This document shows positions 10,742 through 20,338 of a DNA stretch of 64,000 bases, piece by piece. The translations under genes and the position numbers were made by a program. The stretch lies in assembly GCA_025059235.1 (NCBI GenBank), contig JANXCV010000003.1, positions 43,392 through 107,391 on the forward strand. Reading direction: 5' to 3'. The number at the start of each line of letters is the position of its first letter. The stretch's first letter is position 1. Source of the stretch: Candidatus Calescibacterium sp. GTDB taxonomy: Bacteria; DRYD01. The notes below the pieces were generated by a model. That model searched no databases, was not told the DNA's origin, and saw nothing but the letters and a program-made list of their open reading frames with translations.

Positions 10742-12877
10742 ATGATGATTATTGGTTCTAGTAGTTGGTCCAATTTTGGGTTAGGTATATCGATAGCAGG
10801 CGATGTAACTCAACAGGATATAAAACAGGTAGAGGAAGCTATAAAGCGAGATAAACCCTTAGAAGACCTTGGATTTGATACAAACTTTCGTATAGAACAA
10901 ACTCCCAGAGACATGTCTAATATTTTTTCGAAAACACTTTCCAAATTTGATATGGGTATTTCACAATTAACCAACCAGATATCATCTTTGAAAAGAAAGC
11001 TTGCTAGCTTAATGAGGAGAAAATTTAAACCTTGGAGTTTGATAAGAGAAATAAAGAGAAAAATCAAAGAATATACTAAGGGGTTAAAGAATCTAAAGAA
11101 ACTGAGATCAAAATATCTGAATACTAAATCTAAAACACAAGGTGTAATCAACAAAAATATAGGTCATTTTACTGGTTCTATGGAAGCTAGGGATGCTTTA
11201 TATAACAGAGGAGCGAAACTACTTTCCAAGTTTCCGCAACTGCAAGGAGACTTTAGATTTCTATTAACTCGGTTCAACATATCCGTTCCTCCTGAAATGG
11301 TCAACCAAAATCCCTTTATAAATTTAGGTGCTTTCAGTATGATAGGGGGTATGTTGGGAGCTTCAGCTCTTGGAGTGCTTAGTCATGCACAACTTGGTTT
11401 TATTATGCAAGTACACGATGTTAATCAGCTAGTTAGTATGCTGAACTTATGTATATCAACACATCAAAATCTTATGAATAATCTAACAATTCTTAACAAA
11501 GCTGAAGCTTTTGAGAGTCAGAAAATCATGAAGCTACAGATGGATATGTTAAGATTCACCCAAGCCCAATCTTTTGCAAAAATGAGAAAAGTTTTCTTCA
11601 AAGGTAAAGAAATGATGTTCAAAGGATTCAGCAAGATACTAGATAAAGTGAGTAAAGTGGTTAATAAAATGGCTGTAGCTTTAGAGAAGGCTGCAGCTGG
11701 ATTGGAAGCAGCTGCAAATGCGGCACAGTCTATCCCACTTGTTGGACCTGCAATAGCTGCTGCTCTTAGAGCTGCTGCTAAAGCTCTAAGAAAGATCGCC
11801 AATATGCTCAAAAAAGCTTCCAAAGTTCTCCAGCAAAAGGCAAAACTCATGCAAAACAAAGCTAACCATATGTCAAAAATGCAAAAACTAATGAATAAAA
11901 GAATCAATTTTCTACAAAAGCTTAAAAACAAAACATCCCAGATGTTGGAACAAACAAGGAATAATCTTCTACAAATAAGAGAAAGAAAAAAGCTCGTAAT
12001 TAATAACTTGAAGTTGAATCAAATGCTAATGAATATGATAATTATGCGTTTAAGGATGTTGGGAGAAAATCCGATGTTACCTAATTTAGGATTTCCTAAC
12101 TTTCCAAATCAGGGATTACCATTGTTGCCTCTAGGTGTCCCGAGAGTTGATATGCCAGGATTAGGTATAATGCGTCCAGGTTTACCTATTGGTATGGGTT
12201 TGCCCAGTAGTATAGGTTTACCAGTAGTTACTCCACCTATGAATTTACCTGGCACGATGATAAATCTTGGAAGTGGGATGTTCTTGGGTGGAATTATGTT
12301 AAGCTTGGTCAATCCTATGATTGGAATTCCATTAATGATGACGGGATTGACTTCAATCATGGCCGGTAGTACGTTAGGTATGCAGAGAGGTTTAATGGGT
12401 ATTAACCCATCTGTATTGGGTCAAGGATTGGGACCTCTTGCAGGATCAGTAAGTGGTATATTCAGACCTACTAATGTCAAGCAACAAGCCGAGCAACTTT
12501 TAACACAATTAGCACAAAATATTCTTAATAACCGAAATAACCCACAAGTACATATGTATAGACAAATGTTGAAGCATATATACATACAAGTAGCTCAGAG
12601 AATTGATTTGTCTCCTCAAGTGAAGCAACTCGTTTCTCAAGCAGTTGGTGAAAATCTTTCTCACATCTCACCCTCTACTGTTGGGATGATCACTGGAGCT
12701 AGTATGGGATTAATGATGGGTATGTTTATGGGGGGACCATTAGGAGCTATTGCTGGACTTGCAGCAGGTACTATCGTAGGGGGGATAACTGGAACTATTC
12801 TAGGAACTATGAATAGATTTATTGCCAGTGCTCAATTAAACTACCTAGGTGGAATCATGTTAAATGCTACATTCTAA
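10742..12877 (+). CDS. Uncharacterised basic coiled-coil protein with hydrophobic hairpin and glycine zippers (translocator/pore-former-like)
   Basis: Strong RBS (GGAGGGGG). Long helices flank AAQSIPLVGPAIAAA; Pro/Gly/Met-rich linker; C-terminal GxxxG zipper (GGPLGAIAGLAAGTIVGGITG). No Sec signal. The CDS is secure; the function is inferred. Confidence 0.6.
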   Translation: MMIIGSSSWSNFGLGISIAGDVTQQDIKQVEEAIKRDKPLEDLGFDTNFRIEQTPRDMSNIFSKTLSKFDMGISQLTNQISSLKRKLASLMRRKFKPWSLIREIKRKIKEYTKGLKNLKKLRSKYLNTKSKTQGVINKNIGHFTGSMEARDALYNRGAKLLSKFPQLQGDFRFLLTRFNISVPPEMVNQNPFINLGAFSMIGGMLGASALGVLSHAQLGFIMQVHDVNQLVSMLNLCISTHQNLMNNLTILNKAEAFESQKIMKLQMDMLRFTQAQSFAKMRKVFFKGKEMMFKGFSKILDKVSKVVNKMAVALEKAAAGLEAAANAAQSIPLVGPAIAAALRAAAKALRKIANMLKKASKVLQQKAKLMQNKANHMSKMQKLMNKRINFLQKLKNKTSQMLEQTRNNLLQIRERKKLVINNLKLNQMLMNMIIMRLRMLGENPMLPNLGFPNFPNQGLPLLPLGVPRVDMPGLGIMRPGLPIGMGLPSSIGLPVVTPPMNLPGTMINLGSGMFLGGIMLSLVNPMIGIPLMMTGLTSIMAGSTLGMQRGLMGINPSVLGQGLGPLAGSVSGIFRPTNVKQQAEQLLTQLAQNILNNRNNPQVHMYRQMLKHIYIQVAQRIDLSPQVKQLVSQAVGENLSHISPSTVGMITGASMGLMMGMFMGGPLGAIAGLAAGTIVGGITGTILGTMNRFIASAQLNYLGGIMLNATF

Positions 12878-12880
12878 ATT

Positions 12881-13480
12881 ATGGAAAACATAGAGAAAGA
12901 AATAGAAAAGATAAACGAGACAATTCTCAAAGGAGTTGAAAACAAAGACTTACTAGTATTAAGAAAAGGTATTACTGAACTAAAAAATATCTTGAAGATA
13001 ATTTATGATGATATAAACGAATGGAAAGAGAATATCGACTCTAGTGAAGAGGTACCTATTATCTTTGAAATCATTCCAAACCTGCAAAAGGTGAATGATA
13101 TTCTACAAGATCTCCTAGCATATCTAGAAAAGGAAAAATTAGATGAAAAAGACCTTGAAGAGATAAGACAACTAGAAAATGAAACCGAACAGATAATAGA
13201 GATAATTGAAACCCTCACTGAATTGCCTGAAGAAGATGAAGATGAAACTGAAATCGATTTAGAAGAAGAAATAGAAAAAATTATGCAAGAAGATGAAGAA
13301 ATAGAGGAAGAATTTGATGAAGATCTAGATGACACCGGCAATCAATACATAAATTCAATCCTAGAAACCATAAAGGTTGCTATAGATAACCAAGATCACG
13401 AAAAAATAGAGGATGAAATTCAAAAACTGATGAATTATATTTCGTCTGATATTGATGATAAAAATCATGAAGAAAAATGA
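12881..13480 (+). CDS. Highly acidic helical protein
   Basis: Starts 3 nt after the previous stop; roughly one third Asp/Glu. Confidence 0.7.
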   Translation: MENIEKEIEKINETILKGVENKDLLVLRKGITELKNILKIIYDDINEWKENIDSSEEVPIIFEIIPNLQKVNDILQDLLAYLEKEKLDEKDLEEIRQLENETEQIIEIIETLTELPEEDEDETEIDLEEEIEKIMQEDEEIEEEFDEDLDDTGNQYINSILETIKVAIDNQDHEKIEDEIQKLMNYISSDIDDKNHEEK

Positions 13481-14057
13481 GAAAATACTAATTATTTTCT
13501 CTCATCCAAGAAAAAATAGTTTTAATTCCTTTATTCTGAGCAGAATACTTCATGTTCTTCAAGAGTATAATCTGGATTTTGTGATCAGAGATTTATATGA
13601 GATAGGTTTTGATCCCGTGTTAAAGTTTGAGGAAAATTTGCATGATATCATGATCGAGCAGAATTATATTCGAGACAGTAACTTATTGATTTTTATATAT
13701 CCTGTTTGGTGGGGTTCTATGCCTGCTATTCTAAAAGGATATATCGATAGAGTTCTTTCTTACGGTTTTGCATATACTGTAGATGGTGAAGGTAACTCTA
13801 TTCCTCTATTAAGTGGCAAAAAATCTATCATAGTTTCTACCCTGGGTGGTGAAGAAAAAACATACAAAGATCATTCACTAGAAGAAGCTATAAAGAAAAT
13901 AAACAAACATATAATCTTTGAATTCTGTGGAATAGAATTAATAGAGCAATTTTTTATCTATGGTGTCAAGGAAAATAACAGAAAGGAGTTAGAAGAAAAA
14001 GTAGAAAAACTTGAGCAAAAAATTAGGGAAATAATATATGCATTGTATTCTCATTGA
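13452..14057 (+). CDS. Flavodoxin-like NAD(P)H:quinone oxidoreductase (KefF/MdaB family)
   Basis: SHPRKNSFN, RDLY and YPVWWGSMPAILKGYIDRV motifs. Likely start is ATG at 13467. Confidence 0.9.
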   Translation: MMIKIMKKNEKILIIFSHPRKNSFNSFILSRILHVLQEYNLDFVIRDLYEIGFDPVLKFEENLHDIMIEQNYIRDSNLLIFIYPVWWGSMPAILKGYIDRVLSYGFAYTVDGEGNSIPLLSGKKSIIVSTLGGEEKTYKDHSLEEAIKKINKHIIFEFCGIELIEQFFIYGVKENNRKELEEKVEKLEQKIREIIYALYSH

Positions 14058-14437
14058 TCTGAAAAGGTATTTGTATTATTATTAAAATAGCTCACTTTGA
14101 TGTTTTGATAGGATTGTTTCAGTATTTTATATGGATCGTACTGACTGAGATGATTGGTTATATTTACTGGATGAACTTGTATGGATGGAATATTTGTTGG
14201 ATTTATTACTTTTAAAGGATTATAAAAATTTGGGGTAACTTGTATACTTACTGGTGATATTGTTACTGGGCGTATTGATACACCCTGTATAGACGTTGTT
14301 GATACGGATACAGGGGATATACTTTTTGATCCTATCGAGACTGGAGCTATACTTACAGATGGTACTGTTACACTTGAGTACGAAATAGATAAAATAACTA
14401 TTACGAATGTTATTATTATTGTTATCTTTCTTATCAT
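14051..14437 (-). CDS. Small exported protein with (V/S/T)-S-I-x-(P/G/S) pentapeptide repeats
   Basis: AGGAGG RBS, signal peptide, then VSIAP VSIGS KSISP VSVST TSIQG VSIRP VTISP VSIQV. Confidence 0.7.
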   Translation of the reverse strand: MIRKITIIITFVIVILSISYSSVTVPSVSIAPVSIGSKSISPVSVSTTSIQGVSIRPVTISPVSIQVTPNFYNPLKVINPTNIPSIQVHPVNITNHLSQYDPYKILKQSYQNIKVSYFNNNTNTFSDQ

Positions 14438-14537
14438 TTTTCATTCCTCCTTTTTATTATTTACTGCAGATATAATCAAAAGGTTTTGGGATTATGATGA
14501 TTATTGTAAAAAAAATGTAAAATATGATTTTCTAGAG

Positions 14538-15254
14538 TTATGATTTATGCTTTATTGTTTTTAGGTGATATAGGGTTATTCCGAGTGCTACTGAAGTGTT
14601 CAAACTTTCTACGTTTTTTATGGGTATACGTATATTATGGCAGATTTGTTTGATTTTATCATCTATTCCTCTCTCTCCTCCTAATATTAGCAGTATCTTG
14701 TCATTGATTTTTGTTATTTCTGATAGTTCTATTTTGCCTTTAGAGTCTAGGCAGAGGGGATAATAATCTTTTTGTTTCAATTCTTGTATTGTTTTTAGGG
14801 CATTGTTTGTTCTGGTAATCAATACTTTTGCGTTTCTACTTGTATGTATAACTGTATCATTTACTGGGCAGCTATCTTTTGAGGTTATTATTATTCCTTT
14901 TATGTCAAAAGCACTAGCTGTTCTTACTATAGCTCCCAAATTTCTTGGATCTTTTACTTTATAAGCCAATAGGATTATGTTTAGATCACTCTTATTTTTT
15001 TCTATATCTTCTATATCTGAGTATCTAAAATCTGATATTTGTAGAGCTATGTGTATATTTTTATTTTTTTCGGTTTTTACTAGTTTTGATATGTTAGTTA
15101 CTACGATGGGTATATTTTTTTGTTTGGCCAATTTTATTATGTTTCTGAGCTGGGAAAAATTTTGAGCTTCCTTGCTTATATAAAGTTTAACACTACGCTG
15201 AGATTCGGAAGAAAGAAGAAATTCTTCGATCAGTTTTTTAGAGTACAGTAGAAT
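14538..15254 (-). CDS. rlmB: TrmH/SpoU family RNA methyltransferase (RlmB-like)
   Basis: DPRNLGAIVRTA, ILGGERG and ESLNTSVA motifs. Frame is open 41 codons upstream of the track start (15131), back to ATT at 15254, and encodes an RlmB-like N-domain. Confidence 0.8.
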   Translation of the reverse strand: MLLYSKKLIEEFLLSSESQRSVKLYISKEAQNFSQLRNIIKLAKQKNIPIVVTNISKLVKTEKNKNIHIALQISDFRYSDIEDIEKNKSDLNIILLAYKVKDPRNLGAIVRTASAFDIKGIIITSKDSCPVNDTVIHTSRNAKVLITRTNNALKTIQELKQKDYYPLCLDSKGKIELSEITKINDKILLILGGERGIDDKIKQICHNIRIPIKNVESLNTSVALGITLYHLKTIKHKS

Positions 15255-17138
15255 TTACGTTGCCTCCATTTTTTGAAGCTTTTCTTTTATTTTTTCTAGA
15301 GATTTTTTTAATTCGCTTATTCTGTTTTCATATTCTTCTTCTGTAATTTCTCCTATACTTTTTAGGAATTTCAATTCATTTATTTTTTTGAGTATATTTT
15401 CTTTTTCTTCTTGTAGTTTTTTTATATCTTCTGGTGTAATTTGTTTTTTTATTTCTATGGTTATTTCTTCGGTTTGTATTTGTTGAGAGAGAACCTTTTC
15501 GCTGAGAGGTTCTTCTTGTAGTTTTTTCTCTATTTTTTTCTCTATCTTTGAAAGTAGGTGTTCTATGTTGATTTGTTTTTCTGTTTCTGTCAATTCAATT
15601 TTTTTAGTTTGTATTGATTCAGTTTTTTGAACGTTTGATATTTCCTTTTGTGTGAGATTTGGTATGCTTATTTTTTCGGGTAATTCTAGCTTTTTGGGTG
15701 ATATATTTTCTTCCTTAGGGATTTGAATTTTATGCGAAGGGATTTCTTTTGGTTTTTGAGATTCTTTATTTTCTTCTGTTTTTTCTGGTTTTGTTTGTTT
15801 TATAGGGGATAATTTTGTAGGAGTTTCGGCTTCTTTTTCAGCTTCCTCTAAGAATTTCAGGAAAATAGATGTATCATATTTTATTTCTTTCGCTTCAGTT
15901 TTTACTTCTTCCAAAATCCTTTGGTTTATTATGTTTTCATCTATATTTTGTGTTTTTATATTGATTTTCTTTTGGGTGGTATCTTCAATAGTTGTTTGAT
16001 ATTCTGAGGTTTTTTGTTCTGGAATTTTTTCTTCTATGGTTTTCTGGATTTTATCCTCTGAAACTTTTTGATTTATTATATTTTCTCTTTCTAATTCTAG
16101 GATTTTTTGTTCGATATTTTCGTAAATTTTTGTTTCTTTTACTTTTTGTTTTTGTTGTGCTGCTTGCCATCTAATTGTTTCGGCTTTGAAGTTGGAATAA
16201 GAATAGAAGAACATATCCAGTGGTAATTTCATCTGTTTTAAATAAAGGGTTATTATATCTTCATAGTTAGGGAATATAATTACCCAGTGTATATAACCTA
16301 GGTTATCGATTTGGCTAGTCAAAAAGTTAAGGAACTTGTTTCCGTACTTGTCTAGTATTAGTACTTCTGGATATGATTTATGTTTTAGTATAAAGTAGAG
16401 TGGATTAAAGTTTACTATTGTATAATCTTCTATTTTGTGATCTGTTTTTATTATGTATTTTGTGCCTGTTTTGCTTATGAAATAAATTCCTTTTTTTTCT
16501 TGTTCTTGTAGTATAAAGGCACAATCTCCTTCGTTGTTAATGAAGAAATCTAGTATTTCCACGTTTTCAATCGAAAAAGATAATTCTTCTACGTAATTTA
16601 TTAGATTTATTTTTTGTATTGACATTTTCTGGGGATCTGCAACTAATATGTAATTTGCTAAGGGGGATAGTTTAAAAATAAACAAGTCTTCTTGTTTGTC
16701 TACCTTTTTGGTTAGAATTATTTCTTCTCTTTTTGTGCTTATATTCAGGACACCTAATTCTTGTATAATTATCCCTTTCTTTGTTAACTTACTAAATATT
16801 GATTTATCTTGAGTTATTCTTGTAAAGAAAATTTTGTTTTCTTTAGGTAATAGAGAAAAATCTTGTATTTTTCCTCCTTCCTTGAAGTATTGATTGAGTG
16901 TTTTTGTTTCTATGTTGTCTTTTTCTGAAAAATAGAGAATTTTGAGTTCGTTATTTTGAAGTACTAGTAGTTCTGCTTTATCAGAAAGAGATATTACCTT
17001 TGTGTCTATTCCCGTTATTTCTACTTCTGTGATAAAAGTCCTTTCTCTATACAAATAGAATTTATTGTTGTAAAATAGACCGAAATACTTCAGGTTAGGT
17101 GATGATAAGGATGTTAATCCATGCGAGGATATATACAT
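15255..17138 (-). CDS. Hypothetical protein: beta-rich N-terminus, charged linker, C-terminal SHOCT-like motif
   Basis: The track start (17336) overlaps the divergent response regulator, so ATG at 17138 is more plausible. The C-terminus reads LKFLKSIGEITEEEYENRISEL. Confidence 0.65.
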   Translation of the reverse strand: MYISSHGLTSLSSPNLKYFGLFYNNKFYLYRERTFITEVEITGIDTKVISLSDKAELLVLQNNELKILYFSEKDNIETKTLNQYFKEGGKIQDFSLLPKENKIFFTRITQDKSIFSKLTKKGIIIQELGVLNISTKREEIILTKKVDKQEDLFIFKLSPLANYILVADPQKMSIQKINLINYVEELSFSIENVEILDFFINNEGDCAFILQEQEKKGIYFISKTGTKYIIKTDHKIEDYTIVNFNPLYFILKHKSYPEVLILDKYGNKFLNFLTSQIDNLGYIHWVIIFPNYEDIITLYLKQMKLPLDMFFYSYSNFKAETIRWQAAQQKQKVKETKIYENIEQKILELERENIINQKVSEDKIQKTIEEKIPEQKTSEYQTTIEDTTQKKINIKTQNIDENIINQRILEEVKTEAKEIKYDTSIFLKFLEEAEKEAETPTKLSPIKQTKPEKTEENKESQKPKEIPSHKIQIPKEENISPKKLELPEKISIPNLTQKEISNVQKTESIQTKKIELTETEKQINIEHLLSKIEKKIEKKLQEEPLSEKVLSQQIQTEEITIEIKKQITPEDIKKLQEEKENILKKINELKFLKSIGEITEEEYENRISELKKSLEKIKEKLQKMEAT

Positions 17139-17265
17139 CTCTACTATATTATTTTTATGGAGATCTAGATTTTTTCCTCTTAATCTCAAAACTGGAAAGA
17201 AGAAGGACAAAAATCTTGTAGAATATCTATTAATGTAGATAGTTCTTTTTAGGGGGGTTGATAAG

Positions 17266-17661
17266 ATGGAAAAAGTAGGGAAGAAAATCCTAATAATAGA
17301 TGATGAGGAGAATATAGTTGACTTATTATCGAACATTTTAGCTCACTCGGGTTTTGTTACAATTGGAGCATTTAATGGAGAAAGTGGGCTTGAAAAGGCA
17401 AAAAAAGAAAAACCACACATAATAATACTCGACATCATGATGCCTGGTATGGATGGTTTTGAAGTCTTAAAGAAACTAAAAGAAGATAGTGAAACGGCTG
17501 AAATACCTGTTATAATGTTAACTGCAAAGACAGAGGATTCAGCAATCATCGAAAGCTGGCGCAAAGGAGCAGAATTCTACATACCAAAACCCTTTGAAAT
17601 AGAAGAATTACTACATGTGATAAACCTTATTCTTAAATCCAAATATGCAGAGACTAGCTGA
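17266..17661 (+). CDS. Single-domain response regulator (receiver only)
   Basis: LIIDDE, ILDIMMPGMDG, MLTAK and YIPKPF motifs. Confidence 0.93.
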   Translation: MEKVGKKILIIDDEENIVDLLSNILAHSGFVTIGAFNGESGLEKAKKEKPHIIILDIMMPGMDGFEVLKKLKEDSETAEIPVIMLTAKTEDSAIIESWRKGAEFYIPKPFEIEELLHVINLILKSKYAETS

Positions 17662-17683
17662 ATCTCAAGAGGAGAGGATAAAT

Positions 17684-20323
17684 ATGTTTAGAATAGTTCT
17701 CATAAGTGCTATACTATTAATATCATTTGTACTTTCCAAGGAAATTTCACAACAAAGAAAATTAACACAAGAAATCTCTCAATCAAGAATAAGTAAAGAA
17801 ATTCTCGAAAAATCTACTAAAAATGAAGGAATTTTTAATGTTTATAAATACAAGAATACCTATTATCTTGAAATACCCATAGAAAAGTTTGATAAGGAGT
17901 ATTTCGTATCATTGCAAGTTTCCAAAGGTGTATCCATATATCCATTCTTAGGGGGGCTGACTTTGCCTCCGTTTGAAAGAGAGTACACAGAATGTGTATA
18001 CTTCTCCTCCAGAGAAATAAAACAGAAACAAAATATAAAGGAAGGAGAACAAATTAGCGTTGGTTTTTTTGTAAAAAACCTAAGGTACTTACCTTCTTTA
18101 GATAATGCTTCACAAAAGCTAAGAGAGAAATCATTCTCTGATAACTTGATACTAAAGATCCAAGGAACATATATCAACAATAAGGTCTACATCGATTTGA
18201 ATTCATTTGTTTCTGATCTGAAACTCTTCTTTCTTACTCCTACTTATTCAAAATTCTATCCCGAAAAAATTACCTATAACGAACTGGAAGATGTAAAAAC
18301 TTACCAAAAGAATATGATACTCTATATCTCTTATCTGATTTCATTTAGTAGTTATTACAATTACTTAAATCTGATGCACAACAATCAATTTATTGTTGCA
18401 TTGAATATTTTCGAATACAAGAACGATAATTATATACCAAGGGAAGCTGATGAAAGAGTTGGATATTTTATCACCAGCTACGCTGATGTTGCTTCAACAG
18501 AAGGAAAAGATGGTTATAGAACATTGAAAAAATACATATATCGATGGGATCTACAAAAAAGAGATAAGCTTATAATCTGGATCGAGAATACCTGGCCCGA
18601 AGAATATAGAGATACAGTAAAAGAGGCAATATTGGAATGGAATAAAGCTTTCAATAGGATTGGTTATAATGATCCGATTGAGGTGAGGGTGCAACCTGAC
18701 GACGCCGACTGGGAACCAGAAGACATAAGGTATCCAACTGTTAGATACCAGGATTCTAATGTGAATGTCTTTGCTATAGGTCCTTCGATAGCCTTACCTA
18801 CCACCGGTGAGATAGTAGATGCAGATATCGTTTTTTATGCTCCTATGCTAAGAATCATAAAATCTAGGTTTGACTATCAATATGATGTAGTAATACCTAC
18901 TGCCATAAAATATCAGATTAACCCGCTATATAGATTTTGTTACCAGTTAAACGTTAACAAAGATAATTTGAATCTTTCAGAAGTGTACAGACAATTTTTG
19001 TACAGTTTGGATAATGATTTTCCACATGATAGGGTTTGCACTTATGCTATGGAGAAGATGGAGCACGCTGTTCTCGGAGCTCTATCGATTATGCTATCTG
19101 ATCCCAAATACTACGAAATAAACAAGGAAAAATTTGCAAGAGACTATATAAAAGACATAGTGATCCATGAAATGGGACATATACTTGGTTTAAGACATAA
19201 CTTTAAGGCTTCTTCTTTTATATCAATAGAACAACTGCAAGACGAAGATTATACATCTAAACACGGTATATGTCACTCCTGTATGGATTACATACCTGTA
19301 AATATTCACTATAAGAACGGAAAACCGTATTTTACAAAGGACATATTTATGACTACAATAGGCCAATATGATTATTTGGCTATAGAGTATGGATATACCA
19401 AAGACGATAAATCATTGAAGCAAATCGCCTCAAAGTGTTCGATCTATTACGGAACCGATGAGGATATCTTCGCTATGGATCCAAATATAAGAAGATTTGA
19501 TCTATCCTCTGAAGGATACTTATGGTATAACAACCTGGCTAATGTATACAAGTATATCATACAGAATGCTCCTTATAAACTTTCAAAAGCTGGAAATAAT
19601 CCTAAACTGGTGTATTGGTCCACCAGTCGTGCATTAAATGCCTATATAGAATCTAAGTTGGAAAATCTAGCTTACTACCTCGGAGGTAAGCATATAGCAA
19701 GAGCTTTCTTCGGAGATACCGATAAACCATTAGTAAAAAACATAGACTCAAAATTCAGAGAATATGTCTCAAGCATAATTATAAATGATTTACTAAGTCA
19801 TAAACCAATTGTAGATAAGGATTCCTTGCATAATTCCATAATTTTTGGATCTTATAAGTGGGGAAATACTGGAACTTACACCAAGACCCTTTTGGATACA
19901 GCTTACTATTATGAAAGAATCTATAGAATTCTGGGAATGTTGGTACTAATAACTCCTTTGGCAACCAAATATGAATATTACTTTGATGAAGATATTGTAA
20001 GAAAAAATCTAAGAAAACTGTATTTTTCCATGTTTGGGGATATAAAGTTTAACCAAAATATAAGTCAGATAAGGCAACAAACGATAGAAGATTTTATAAT
20101 GATCTTAGTATATATTAAAGGTGCTAGTAAACTAAACAGGGATTCCGATATATGGGCTCTAAACCTTTTATATTTGCCTGGAGTTAGAAATGAAGCCTAC
20201 GATATACTGGAAAAAATAGAACAAAAGTTGGAGAGTATAAAAAATAGTCCATTATCCACTAAAGAAAACAAGATCTTTGCTAAAAGAATGCTTGATTTCA
20301 TTGATTTCTACCAAGAAGATTAG
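17684..20323 (+). CDS. Exported zinc metalloprotease (DUF5117/DUF5118/EcxA-like metzincin)
   Basis: HEMGHILGLRHNFKAS, SCMDY Met-turn, PREADERVGYF and WNKAF motifs. A signal peptide starts at ATG 17684 after an AGGAGAGG RBS. Confidence 0.88.
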   Translation: MFRIVLISAILLISFVLSKEISQQRKLTQEISQSRISKEILEKSTKNEGIFNVYKYKNTYYLEIPIEKFDKEYFVSLQVSKGVSIYPFLGGLTLPPFEREYTECVYFSSREIKQKQNIKEGEQISVGFFVKNLRYLPSLDNASQKLREKSFSDNLILKIQGTYINNKVYIDLNSFVSDLKLFFLTPTYSKFYPEKITYNELEDVKTYQKNMILYISYLISFSSYYNYLNLMHNNQFIVALNIFEYKNDNYIPREADERVGYFITSYADVASTEGKDGYRTLKKYIYRWDLQKRDKLIIWIENTWPEEYRDTVKEAILEWNKAFNRIGYNDPIEVRVQPDDADWEPEDIRYPTVRYQDSNVNVFAIGPSIALPTTGEIVDADIVFYAPMLRIIKSRFDYQYDVVIPTAIKYQINPLYRFCYQLNVNKDNLNLSEVYRQFLYSLDNDFPHDRVCTYAMEKMEHAVLGALSIMLSDPKYYEINKEKFARDYIKDIVIHEMGHILGLRHNFKASSFISIEQLQDEDYTSKHGICHSCMDYIPVNIHYKNGKPYFTKDIFMTTIGQYDYLAIEYGYTKDDKSLKQIASKCSIYYGTDEDIFAMDPNIRRFDLSSEGYLWYNNLANVYKYIIQNAPYKLSKAGNNPKLVYWSTSRALNAYIESKLENLAYYLGGKHIARAFFGDTDKPLVKNIDSKFREYVSSIIINDLLSHKPIVDKDSLHNSIIFGSYKWGNTGTYTKTLLDTAYYYERIYRILGMLVLITPLATKYEYYFDEDIVRKNLRKLYFSMFGDIKFNQNISQIRQQTIEDFIMILVYIKGASKLNRDSDIWALNLLYLPGVRNEAYDILEKIEQKLESIKNSPLSTKENKIFAKRMLDFIDFYQED

Positions 20324-20338
20324 AAGGGAGGATATCTT

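Noticed and set aside
10742-12877. Phage tape-measure protein / prophage
   Set aside because: The IPLVGP hairpin resembles tape-measure motifs, but no tail, capsid, terminase or integrase genes flank it.
10810-13341. Antisense ORFs (10810, 11518, 12109, 13003) and similar short shadow ORFs throughout the window
   Set aside because: They are nested opposite well-supported genes and mirror their codon bias; there are no independent motifs.
14220-14444. 74-aa alternative-frame ORF overlapping the secreted repeat protein
   Set aside because: RBS spacing and a clear signal peptide favour the 14437 frame; this frame looks like a by-product (poly-Asn).
17139-17336. N-terminal 66 aa of the 693-aa track ORF
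   Set aside because: It overlaps the divergent response regulator and its RBS and reads like antisense sequence; the true start is probably 17138.
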